Shown here: positions 35,534-43,893 of the stretch, in pieces
Layout of the letters: each line of letters starts with the position of its first letter
Position numbering within the stretch: the stretch's first letter is position 1
NCBI GenBank assembly: GCA_017414715.1
Contig: JAFQKV010000061.1
Span: 1-55,207 of the forward strand
Origin: Clostridia bacterium
GTDB taxonomy: Bacteria > Bacillota > Clostridia > Oscillospirales > QAMX01
DNA: 55,207 nucleotides
Reading direction: 5' to 3'
Notes under the pieces: generated by a model
Databases searched by the model: none
Told to the model about the DNA's origin: nothing
The model's input: the letters and a program-made list of their open reading frames with translations, nothing else
Position numbers and translations under genes: made by a program

Positions 35534-36322
35534 TCAAATACCGAGAAGCTTGCGGGCATTTCCGGACAGGATCATCTCTCTTTGATTCACAGTCAGATCC
35601 AGCGCATCCAGAAGGCGCAGTTCCTGCCCCGGCGCATGCCAGGGAGTATCCGTTCCGAAAAGCAGGCGATCAGCACCGTGCGCCTCGACGATCCGACGGG
35701 CAAGACTTGGCGGTATGACACCCTGGCCAAAGGAAATATCAAACCATACGTCCTTGCCGCACAGATGTGTAAGCACCGCCTCGCCCATGAACATACCGCC
35801 CCAGTGCGCGGCGACCACAGGGCCTTGCATCCGGGGAAGCGCACGTGAAAGGCGTTCCGGTGTGCAGCGGTAAGGTCCGGGAAAACCAAGATCACCGCCG
35901 GCGTGAAAAAGAGTGATGAGCCCGAGCTCACCGATCTTTTGATAAATGGGCATCATGCGCGGATCATCCACAAAAAAATCCTGATACTCCGGATGGAGCT
36001 TGACACCGCGCAGCCCAAGCTCCGCGATCCGATCCAGCTCCTGCAGTACGTCAGGGGCATCCGGGTGCACAGAACCAAAGGCGATCAGATCCGCACTGTT
36101 GATGGATGCAGCAAAATCGTTAACGGCGTGCATCTGTCTGGGATTGGTGGCAATATTTGCAACGACGGAGATATCCACTCCGCCTTCATTCATGGAGGCG
36201 CGCAGGCCTTCAACCGTTCCGTCGGTGCAGGGCGGCAGTCCACCGGAGGCATCGGACAGGGATCCCACCGCCCGGGCGGCAAGCTTATCCGGGAAAGCAT
36301 GGGTATGAAAATCAATGACCAT
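35534..36322 (-). CDS. amidohydrolase-family (TIM-barrel metal-dependent hydrolase) protein
   Basis: 262 aa with the N-terminus MVIDFHTHAFP. The start is 9 nt after the aroQ stop, and the RBS (GTGAGGG) lies inside the aroQ 3' end. Confidence 0.8.
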   Translation of the reverse strand: MVIDFHTHAFPDKLAARAVGSLSDASGGLPPCTDGTVEGLRASMNEGGVDISVVANIATNPRQMHAVNDFAASINSADLIAFGSVHPDAPDVLQELDRIAELGLRGVKLHPEYQDFFVDDPRMMPIYQKIGELGLITLFHAGGDLGFPGPYRCTPERLSRALPRMQGPVVAAHWGGMFMGEAVLTHLCGKDVWFDISFGQGVIPPSLARRIVEAHGADRLLFGTDTPWHAPGQELRLLDALDLTVNQREMILSGNARKLLGI

Positions 36323-36331
36323 TCCGCGCCC

Positions 36332-36772
36332 TCACTTTCCGGCCAATCTCGCGGCCATGAATTCAATGGCATCACGATAGCTGTCAAAGCCCTTGCCCTT
36401 AAAGGTGGCAACACAGGCCTCTCCTGCATAGGAGATGTGCCGATAAGACTCCCGGGCATTGATATCCGAGAGATGTACCTCCGCCGCGGGAATCTCCACC
36501 GCCCGCAGGGCATCAGCAATGGCAATGCTCGTGTGCGTATAGGCTGCGGGGTTAATGATAATGGCATCCACGCCAGTCTCCAGAGCGCCCTGGATCATAT
36601 CCACCAGAACACCCTCGTGATTGGTCTGAAAGACCTCACATTCGGCTCCTGCAGATGCACAGCACTCCTTGACAAAGGCCACAAGTGCCGCATAGTCGCG
36701 CTTGCCGTAGATCTCCGGCTCACGGCGGCCCAGCAGATTAAGATTCGGTCCGTTCAAAATCAGGAATTTCAT
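36332..36772 (-). CDS. aroQ: type II 3-dehydroquinate dehydratase
   Basis: Start at the ATG at 36772 (MKFLILNGPNLNLLGRREPEIYG), overlapping the stop of the upstream gene. Confidence 0.93.
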   Translation of the reverse strand: MKFLILNGPNLNLLGRREPEIYGKRDYAALVAFVKECCASAGAECEVFQTNHEGVLVDMIQGALETGVDAIIINPAAYTHTSIAIADALRAVEIPAAEVHLSDINARESYRHISYAGEACVATFKGKGFDSYRDAIEFMAARLAGK

Positions 36773-37989
36773 AATTTCAGTGCCTCCAGAACAAGTTTTG
36801 CCGTTTCTTCCGCAGTTTTTGCGGCAGATACGGTGATATCGCTCCATTTTCGGTACATTGGCATGCGCTCCGCGTACAGGACCTTCACAGACCTGCTTTG
36901 GGAGATGGGTCTGCCATCAACGGGAAGCTCCTCCACAGGGCGGTCAAGCCACAAAATGATCCCATTCTGGTGATAAAGAGGGTAGTTTTCCTCTCTCGTT
37001 ACAACCCCGCCGCCGCAGGCGATGACCGTACCGCTGCGCTTTCCCAGCTCCGCGGCACACTCCGTCTCCAAACGACGGAATGCATCCTCGCCATCCGTCC
37101 GGATGATCTCCGGCACAGAACGGCCGGTGCGGGCAGAAAGCTCTGCGTCCGCATCACAAAAAGGACGGCCAAGCCTTTCCGCAATGATCTGTCCGACGGT
37201 GGATTTGCCGCAGCCGGGCATGCCAATGAGAACGATATTCTCCGTGCGCCGGGCAATCTTCCCAACGATGGCATCTGTGGCCGACTCCGGGATGCTCTTC
37301 CCCGTAAATATCTCCGATGCCCGTCGACCCTGATCGACCAGCATGGTGAGTCCGTTGATGCAGGGTATCCCCACAGCTTCGCAGTCCAGGAGAAGCTTTG
37401 TACGGGCAGGATTGTAGATAATATCCGCAACGCCGCAAAGCCTCGGAAACCCGGAAATATCAAGCGGGCTCACGCCGCAGTTCGGATACATACCCACAGG
37501 AGTGGTATTGATGATGTATTCCGCATCGGCATGCAGCCGGAGATTTCCGTAGTTATTCTCCCCCTTCCGGGAAATGACCACGGGATATGCCCCGAGATCT
37601 TTCAGCACGGCGCATGCCGTGCGGGAGGAACCTCCGCTGCCGAGAACGAGCACTTTTTTACCCGTCATGCAAAATCCCGCACGGCGGAACATGTACAGCA
37701 TACCGTCGGCATCGGTATTATCTCCAAACAGGGTGCCGTCAGTCCGACGAACCACTGTATTGACGGAGCCGATACGTCTTGCCCGTTCAGACAGCTCATC
37801 CATCATGGGAAGCACTGTTTCCTTATAGGGAATGGTGACGTTGAAGGCATCCAATGGTCCGCGGCGGACAAAATTCTCCACTGCCTCCGGTTCCAGCTCG
37901 TAAAGCTTGTATGCATACGCATCCAGCTCTGCGTGGATCTCCGGGGAGAAGGAGTGCGCGAGCTTTCGCCCGATAAGACCGCAGCGCAT
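36769..37989 (-). CDS. bifunctional shikimate dehydrogenase / shikimate kinase (AroE-AroK fusion)
   Basis: 406 aa. Residues 1 to about 245 are AroE-like (GLIG..L.HSFSP.IH, NVTIPYK, GDNTD, VLGSGGSS). Residues about 250-406 are AroK-like (IVLIGMPGCGKSTVG, FCDAD, IACGGG). Confidence 0.9.
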   Translation of the reverse strand: MRCGLIGRKLAHSFSPEIHAELDAYAYKLYELEPEAVENFVRRGPLDAFNVTIPYKETVLPMMDELSERARRIGSVNTVVRRTDGTLFGDNTDADGMLYMFRRAGFCMTGKKVLVLGSGGSSRTACAVLKDLGAYPVVISRKGENNYGNLRLHADAEYIINTTPVGMYPNCGVSPLDISGFPRLCGVADIIYNPARTKLLLDCEAVGIPCINGLTMLVDQGRRASEIFTGKSIPESATDAIVGKIARRTENIVLIGMPGCGKSTVGQIIAERLGRPFCDADAELSARTGRSVPEIIRTDGEDAFRRLETECAAELGKRSGTVIACGGGVVTREENYPLYHQNGIILWLDRPVEELPVDGRPISQSRSVKVLYAERMPMYRKWSDITVSAAKTAEETAKLVLEALKL

Positions 37990-39134
37990 CAGGGCACCAT
38001 CTCCGTATAGCTTCCGAGATAGCGGAACTCCCGGCAGGAACTCTCAAGCTCCCGCAACAGCTCCGCAAGCTCCGGTGCGGCCACAGGCTTATCCAGGTCC
38101 AGATAGAAAACAAACTCGAAATCCCGTTCAGGGATAGGACGGCTTTCCAGCTTCACCATATTCACGCCGAGCGCCGAGAAGCGCGCCAGTACACGGTAAA
38201 GCGCACCGGGTTTATTGGGAAGAGCAAGCATGATGCTCGTTCGGTCGGCACCGGGATATATCTCCAGTTCACGGGACACGCAGATAAATCGGGTATAGTT
38301 GTTCGCACGATCCTGCACATCGTCCTCCAGTACAGAAAGCCCGTAGAGATCGGCGCAGTTGACGCTGGAAAGCGCCGCAATATCATCCCTGCCCGATTCC
38401 GCCACGATCTTTGCGGCAACAGCCGTGTTGTCGCAGGGAATGACCTTGACACCGGCAAGTCCGTGCAGGAACCTGTCGCACTGGGCGATGGCCTGGCCGT
38501 GGGAATAGATCTCGCGGATGTTTGAGAGGTTAACTCCCTTTTTTGCAAGCAGGCAGTGATCCACTTTCAGGCGCAGGCTTCGCACGATATACAGTCCGGA
38601 TTCTGCCACGAGATCCGCGACCTCCTTGACGGAGCCTGCGGTGCTGTTTTCGATGGGCAGCACACCGTAGCGGCATAAACCGTCGCGCACGGCGGAGAAA
38701 ACGCTCTTGAAATTGCGGCAGTACATGACGGAAGGAAGCCGGAACAGCCGCTCACAGGCAAGCTGCGCATAAGCGCCCTCCACACCCATGCAGGCTACCT
38801 GCGCACGCTCCGGAAACAGTGCCGGGGTATTCTCCGTCGCATGCTTAATGCGCGCCTTCAGATCGGAGCCGGACTTCAGAAGCCGATCCTGCTTTGCGCG
38901 GGAAAGCTCAAAGATCAGCTCATACAGTGCACAGGCTGCGGTGCGGTATTCCTCCCCCGCGGTATCCGCAATGCTGCAAAGCTTATCCCGCTCCCGGGCA
39001 GGGTCATATACGGGAAGACCTTTCTCCGCCTTGACTGCCGCCACCTGAGAGACGATGTCCATCCGGCGGCAGAAAAGCTCCACCAGCTCCTTGTCGATCG
39101 CATCGATTTCCATACGAATATCTTTCAGTTCCAT
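37989..39134 (-). CDS. pheA: bifunctional chorismate mutase / prephenate dehydratase
   Basis: 381 aa. N-terminal CM_2 helix (IRMEIDAIDKELVELFCRRMDI), a central PDT domain and a C-terminal ACT domain (ESRP motif region). Confidence 0.92.
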   Translation of the reverse strand: MELKDIRMEIDAIDKELVELFCRRMDIVSQVAAVKAEKGLPVYDPARERDKLCSIADTAGEEYRTAACALYELIFELSRAKQDRLLKSGSDLKARIKHATENTPALFPERAQVACMGVEGAYAQLACERLFRLPSVMYCRNFKSVFSAVRDGLCRYGVLPIENSTAGSVKEVADLVAESGLYIVRSLRLKVDHCLLAKKGVNLSNIREIYSHGQAIAQCDRFLHGLAGVKVIPCDNTAVAAKIVAESGRDDIAALSSVNCADLYGLSVLEDDVQDRANNYTRFICVSRELEIYPGADRTSIMLALPNKPGALYRVLARFSALGVNMVKLESRPIPERDFEFVFYLDLDKPVAAPELAELLRELESSCREFRYLGSYTEMVP

Positions 39135-39154
39135 AAGTCACTCACACTTTCTGT

Positions 39155-40237
39155 TTAAATATCTGCCTCACACCAGGCATCCAGGATCGCAACAGCCAAA
39201 GCGGCCTCCATACAGGGAACTGCGCGGGGAACGATGCAGGGATCGTGTCTCCCGACAACACGCAGCTTTGCCGCTTCCAGACGGGAAAGCGATACCGTAT
39301 CCTGCTCCATGGCGATGGAAGGGGTTGGTTTGATGGCGGCACGGAAGATGAGTGGCATGCCGCTGGTGATCCCGCCGAGGATACCGCCGTGATGGTTGCT
39401 TACCGTGCGAATGCCTTCCGGGGTGGAGATATAAGGATCGTTATGCTCGGCACCGGACATCCGGGCTGCATCAAAGCCGCTGCCGAATTCCAGACCCTTG
39501 ACCGCGGGAATTCCGAAGACAAGACCTGCGATGCGGTTCTCCATGCCGTCAAACATGGGATCGCCGAGACCTGCCGGAAGCCCCACCGCGGCGCACTCGA
39601 TAACGCCGCCAACGGAATTCCCCTCAGTCTTTGCCGCAAGGATACGCGCCTGCATCTCCTTACCCGCGCTGTCCGACAGAGTCGGGAAAGCCTTTTCCAC
39701 CAATGCGGAGAAGGTATCCGGTGCGATACTGACTGCATCAAACCGGTCATCCCGTACGCCGCCGATCTCGGCGATATGTGCACCGATCTCAACACCGCGG
39801 CGGGCAAGGATCTGCGCCGCAATACCGCCGGCGATGCAGAGAGGAGCCGTCAGCCGGCCGGAGAAATGCCCGCCTCCGGCCTTGTCCTGCCATCCGCCGA
39901 ATTTGACCTCCGCCGGATAGTCGGCATGTCCCGGACGCGGAAAATCCGCCATTGCCGCATAGTCGGCGGAGCGGGTGTTTGTATTGCGTATGATCGCGGT
40001 AAGGGGCGTTCCGCAGGTGACACCGTTATGCAATCCGCAGAGGATCTCCGGAACATCCGGCTCCTTACGGGAGGTTGCCAGGTTTCCGCCGGGGGCACGG
40101 CGGGCAAGAAAGGCCTGCAAAACCTCGGTATCCACGTGTTCTCCGACAGGAAGTCCCTCCACCGTAACTCCGATGGCCTGTGAGTGGGACTGCCCGAATA
40201 TTGTGATCTTCAGATGATTTCCAAAGGATGATGCCAT
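39155..40237 (-). CDS. aroC: chorismate synthase
   Basis: Start chosen at the ATG at 40237 (MASSFGNHLKITIFGQSHS...), after GGAAGGAGAA. It carries the chorismate synthase signatures (RPGHAD, GGGHFSGR). Confidence 0.95.
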   Translation of the reverse strand: MASSFGNHLKITIFGQSHSQAIGVTVEGLPVGEHVDTEVLQAFLARRAPGGNLATSRKEPDVPEILCGLHNGVTCGTPLTAIIRNTNTRSADYAAMADFPRPGHADYPAEVKFGGWQDKAGGGHFSGRLTAPLCIAGGIAAQILARRGVEIGAHIAEIGGVRDDRFDAVSIAPDTFSALVEKAFPTLSDSAGKEMQARILAAKTEGNSVGGVIECAAVGLPAGLGDPMFDGMENRIAGLVFGIPAVKGLEFGSGFDAARMSGAEHNDPYISTPEGIRTVSNHHGGILGGITSGMPLIFRAAIKPTPSIAMEQDTVSLSRLEAAKLRVVGRHDPCIVPRAVPCMEAALAVAILDAWCEADI

Positions 40238-40238
40238 A

Positions 40239-41486
40239 TTATTCTCCTTCCGACAGGCTGACCTGTCCGCCGAGACTTTCAAGATCCCGCCAGAAGCCGG
40301 GATAGGATTTGTTCACCGATTCTGCGCCGCGGATGATGCTCTTCCCTTCCGCGTGTACAGCTGCGATAGCAGCTGCCATGGCAATGCGGTGATCACCGTA
40401 TGCATCTGCAGCTCCACCGGGTATGGGCTTTCCGCCATGGATCAGCAGGCCGTCACCCTCCTCTCGGATATCGGCACCAAGGCTTCGCAGCGCCGCCGCG
40501 GTGGTAAAGAGCCGGTCGCTTTCCTTTGCCCGGAGACGGGCTGCGTTAATAATGCGGGTCTCACCCTGCGCAAATACGGCTGCCGCAGCAAGGGGCGGCA
40601 CAAGATCGGGGATCGGATCCGCATCGATAACCGTACCGTGCAAACGACCTTGCGCAGAAAAGGCCGCGCCCTCCCGGCAGATTTCCGCCCCCATGCGGCA
40701 AAGGACATCCAAAACGCGCCGGTCGCCCTGGGCGGTTTCTCCCAAAAGGCCGGTGACAGGCACCCCGGCACACAGCCAGAAGGCCGCACCGGACCAGTCG
40801 CCCTCGATGTGCATCTCCCCGGGAGATCTGTACGCCGCATCTGCAGGGATACGGAACCCGCTTTCCGTCCGTTCCGTCCGGATTCCGAAAGCAGCGAGGG
40901 CCCGCAGGGTCATTTCCACATAATCCGCAGAGGAAAGTGGGCCTTCAATAACAATTTCACTCTCTCCGTCAAGCAGCGGCAGCGCAAAAAGAAGACCGCT
41001 GACAAACTGTGAGGAAACATTACCCGGAAGAACATATCTTCCAGGCTGCAGTTTTCCCCGTACGCGCACCGGATTTGCTCCGGCGTCGGAAAGGGTCGCG
41101 CCATGGGATATCAGGGCATCCCGCAGGGCATCCATCGGGCGCTCCGGCAGCCGACCGGCACAGTGAAACGCTGTCTCACAGCCCAGCGCCGCCGCAACGG
41201 GAATAAGAAACCGCAGTGTAGATCCGCTCTCACCGCAGTCCGCCTTCGCTGCGTTTTCAAAACTTCCGCCAAAGATACGCACACCGTCCGCCATCCGTTC
41301 TGTACGGGCACCCAGAGCGTTGATGCAGCGGAGGGTAGCTTCCATATCCGCATTGGTGTCCGCACAGCGGATATACGTTTCTCCGGCAGAGAGAGCTGCA
41401 CAGATCATCGCACGATGCGCCGCCGATTTGGATGCCGGAGCACGTACACATCCCGACAAACGGGACGGAGTGATGCGCGCGATCAT
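40239..41486 (-). CDS. aroA: 3-phosphoshikimate 1-carboxyvinyltransferase (EPSP synthase)
   Basis: 415 aa with PASKSAAHRAMICAAL and ESGSTLRFL motifs, and C-terminal DHRIAMAAAIAA. Confidence 0.95.
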   Translation of the reverse strand: MIARITPSRLSGCVRAPASKSAAHRAMICAALSAGETYIRCADTNADMEATLRCINALGARTERMADGVRIFGGSFENAAKADCGESGSTLRFLIPVAAALGCETAFHCAGRLPERPMDALRDALISHGATLSDAGANPVRVRGKLQPGRYVLPGNVSSQFVSGLLFALPLLDGESEIVIEGPLSSADYVEMTLRALAAFGIRTERTESGFRIPADAAYRSPGEMHIEGDWSGAAFWLCAGVPVTGLLGETAQGDRRVLDVLCRMGAEICREGAAFSAQGRLHGTVIDADPIPDLVPPLAAAAVFAQGETRIINAARLRAKESDRLFTTAAALRSLGADIREEGDGLLIHGGKPIPGGAADAYGDHRIAMAAAIAAVHAEGKSIIRGAESVNKSYPGFWRDLESLGGQVSLSEGE

Positions 41487-42541
41487 ACCCTGCCTCCGAG
41501 ACCGAGGCGCGCATATTCCGTCACCTTCTCCACAGGAACGGGGTTAAGAATGCAATTTCCCGCCGCCTTCGGAACCACCAGTGTTACCGTGTTCCCGCGG
41601 CGCTTTTTATCACCTGCCGCCGCTGCGGCAATGTCCTCCGGTGCATAGTCACATCCGGTGGGAAGCCCAAAGGTCTCAAGCTTTCCGATAAGCAGGTCTG
41701 CATCGCGTATGCTGCAAATACCGAGCCCGGCGCAGGCACGGGCCATAACCGACATACCAATCGCCACAGCGCGACCGTGAGAAATTTTATAATCGGACAG
41801 TTTTTCGATCGCATGTCCGAGCGTGTGTCCGAAATTCAGCAGCTGTCGGTCACCATTGTCAAACTCATCCCGGCAGACGATGTCGCGCTTGATGGCAACG
41901 CAGCGGGCGATGATTTCCTCGCGGTCAAAATCCGGTCCCGAAAGCGCATCCAGAAGCTCTCTGTCACAGATCATTGCGTATTTGATGATCTCTGCACAGC
42001 CGTCAATAAATATCTCCTCCGGCAGTGTATCCAGAAGGTCCGGATCGCAGATTACAGCCCGGGGCTGACAGAAGGCACCCACAAGATTTTTCCCCGCCGA
42101 AAGATCAACGGCCGTCTTGCCGCCGACGGAGGAATCCACACAGGACAGTACCGTTGTCGGGATCTGCACAACTGCGATGCCGCGCAGATACGTCGCTGCC
42201 GCAAAGCCCGCAAGATCTCCCGTCACGCCGCCGCCGAGAGCAACGACAACAGAAGATCTGTCCACACCGTTTTCAGCGAAGAACTCCAGCATTTTCACAT
42301 ATTCAGCCGTATTTTTCGATGCCTCTCCCGCAGGAAACACATACCGAAGAACACGGAAGCCTGCGGCTTCAAGGCTTTCCGCCGCCGTATTTCCCCACAG
42401 GGCATCTACCGTGCTGTCGCTCACCAGCACGGCAAGAGGCGCATTGATCACGGCGCGGACAATCCGTCCGGCATCCCGCAGAAGGCCGCGTCCCACCAGC
42501 ACATCGTAGGCGGAGGAGGCCGAAACCGTAATGCATTTCAT
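41483..42541 (-). CDS. aroB: 3-dehydroquinate synthase
   Basis: 352 aa with GGGVTGDLAGFAAATYLRGI and NFGHTLGHAIE motifs. Its stop overlaps the aroA start by 4 nt. Confidence 0.95.
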   Translation of the reverse strand: MKCITVSASSAYDVLVGRGLLRDAGRIVRAVINAPLAVLVSDSTVDALWGNTAAESLEAAGFRVLRYVFPAGEASKNTAEYVKMLEFFAENGVDRSSVVVALGGGVTGDLAGFAAATYLRGIAVVQIPTTVLSCVDSSVGGKTAVDLSAGKNLVGAFCQPRAVICDPDLLDTLPEEIFIDGCAEIIKYAMICDRELLDALSGPDFDREEIIARCVAIKRDIVCRDEFDNGDRQLLNFGHTLGHAIEKLSDYKISHGRAVAIGMSVMARACAGLGICSIRDADLLIGKLETFGLPTGCDYAPEDIAAAAAGDKKRRGNTVTLVVPKAAGNCILNPVPVEKVTEYARLGLGGRV

Positions 42542-42565
42542 TTCAAAATAACCTCGTCTTCTTTG

Positions 42566-43569
42566 TCAATCGTGGATTATGCTGCGGATCTCACGCACCC
42601 TGCGGGCCACGTCCGCAAACTGCTCCGGTGTCAGAGACTGAGCACCGTCGCACAGAGCATTCTTTGGATCATTGTGCACCTCGATCATCAGACCGTCTGC
42701 CCCGGCAGCCGCCGCCGCAAGGGCCATGGGGCGCACAAGACGTGCAACGCCGGTGGCATGGCTCGGATCAACAACAACGGGCAAATGCGAGAGCTCATGC
42801 AATACGGGCACCGCAGAGAGATCCAGTGTATTGCGGGTAGCCGTCTCATAGGAACGGATGCCGCGCTCACAGAGAATAACATTCTCGTTTCCGCCAGACA
42901 TGACGTATTCCGCGCTCATCAGAAGTTCCTTGAGCGTTCCCGCAATGCCGCGTTTTAAAAGGATAGGCTTGCGGGTATGTCCAAGCTCCTTAAGAAGTTC
43001 AAAGTTCTGAATATTCCGTGCACCCACCTGAATGACATCAACGTCTTCAAACAGCGGCAGGTGATGGGCACTCATGATCTCGGTTACGATAGGCATACCA
43101 GTCTCTCGCTTTGCCTCCAGAAGCAGTTCAATGCCTTCCGCAGCAAGCCCTTGGAAATCATAGGGCGAGGTGCGGGGCTTGAAGGCACCGCCGCGCAGAA
43201 AGGCGGCACCGCTCTCCTTCACCGAGCGGGCTACCTCAAGGATCTGCTCACGGCTCTCCACGGAACAGGGGCCGGCAATCATGGCAAAGTTCCCGCCGCC
43301 GAGCTTGACACCGCCAACATCAACAACGGTGTCGTCGGGATGAAATTTACGGTTCGCACTTTTGAATGGCTCGGAAATGCGCTGAACGCTTTCAACAATA
43401 TCAAGCCCTCCAGAAGGCCGATATCCAACGCCGTGGTATCTCCGATCAGACCGACAATGGTCTGAAACTCACCCACCGCCACATGTACGCCAAGACCGCG
43501 TCCGCTCAGCCAGTCACACAGCGCGTCGATTTTTGCTTTTTCAACTCCGGGGCGAATAATTGCAATCAT
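42566..43569 (-). pseudogene. aroF: 3-deoxy-7-phosphoheptulonate (DAHP) synthase, type I-beta with an N-terminal ferredoxin-like/ACT regulatory domain; the reading frame is broken by a 1-nt deficit (real, or an assembly error)
   Basis: ORF 43569-43279 gives MIAIIRPGVEK...[20 protein letters not shown] and then nonsense. ORF 43282-42566 gives [13 protein letters not shown]...[18 protein letters not shown]. Adding one G to the GGG run (plus-strand CCC at 43406-43408) yields a continuous ...[54 protein letters not shown]..., colinear with Thermotoga-type DAHPS. Confidence 0.85.
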
Positions 43570-43599
43570 ATTTTTCTCTGCCTTTCCTGTTACTCTGTC

Positions 43600-43635
43600 A
43601 AAAAAATTCCGCACAGTGATCTCACTGTGCGGAAT
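43600..43635 (-). terminator. attenuator terminator in the aro operon leader
   Basis: Perfect 14-nt inverted repeat ATTCCGCACAGTGA / TCACTGTGCGGAAT followed by seven T, ending 30 nt before the aroF start codon. Confidence 0.85.
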
Positions 43636-43675
43636 GAAACAGCTGACTCTTTATTTCTCCGATAAAAAGCGGCCC

Positions 43676-43765
43676 TTACATTTCAGCATGCGAAATCACT
43701 CGTACTTCCGGCTTGGTAAAGTAAAAGTAAAAGAAGTATTCCGCTGCAAAAAAGTTACGGGACAT
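43676..43765 (-). CDS. candidate aromatic-rich leader peptide (29 aa: MSRNFFAAEYFFYFYFTKPEVRVISHAEM)
   Basis: ATG at 43765, 7 nt after GGAGA. The ORF has 6 Phe and 3 Tyr codons, 7 of them consecutive (43738-43718). It lies between a consensus promoter and the attenuator terminator. Confidence 0.55.
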   Translation of the reverse strand: MSRNFFAAEYFFYFYFTKPEVRVISHAEM

Positions 43766-43796
43766 CTGTCATTCTCCAACGATCAATTATGAGGGT

Positions 43797-43825
43797 ATTA
43801 TACTCCTTGATTCTGCCGCTGTCAA
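43797..43825 (-). promoter_or_regulatory. consensus sigma-A promoter of the aro operon leader
   Basis: Minus strand TTGACA (43825-43820), exactly 17-nt spacer, TATAAT (43802-43797). Confidence 0.7.
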
Positions 43826-43893
43826 GAGAAAGCTGCACGGTTTTTTCTTTTCGATGCTGTTCCCGCCATCGGCATTCCGTTTCCCTGCCGCTT

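Noticed and set aside
43755-43772. An overlapping mini-ORF, ATG ACA GAT GTC CCG TAA (MTDVP), in the aro leader.
   Set aside because: Its ATG is only 1 nt from the GGAGA, which is too close for initiation. It contains no regulatory codons. The ATG at 43765 has proper spacing.
43615-43800. A T-box leader, or another known riboswitch, in front of the aro operon. I also looked for T-boxes in the short gaps before gltX (12166-12195) and glnS (10503-10533).
   Set aside because: I could find no T-box core (…GGGTGGTACCGCG…-like) or specifier/stem-I features. The gltX and glnS gaps are only about 30 nt, too short for any leader. A formal Rfam scan is still needed.
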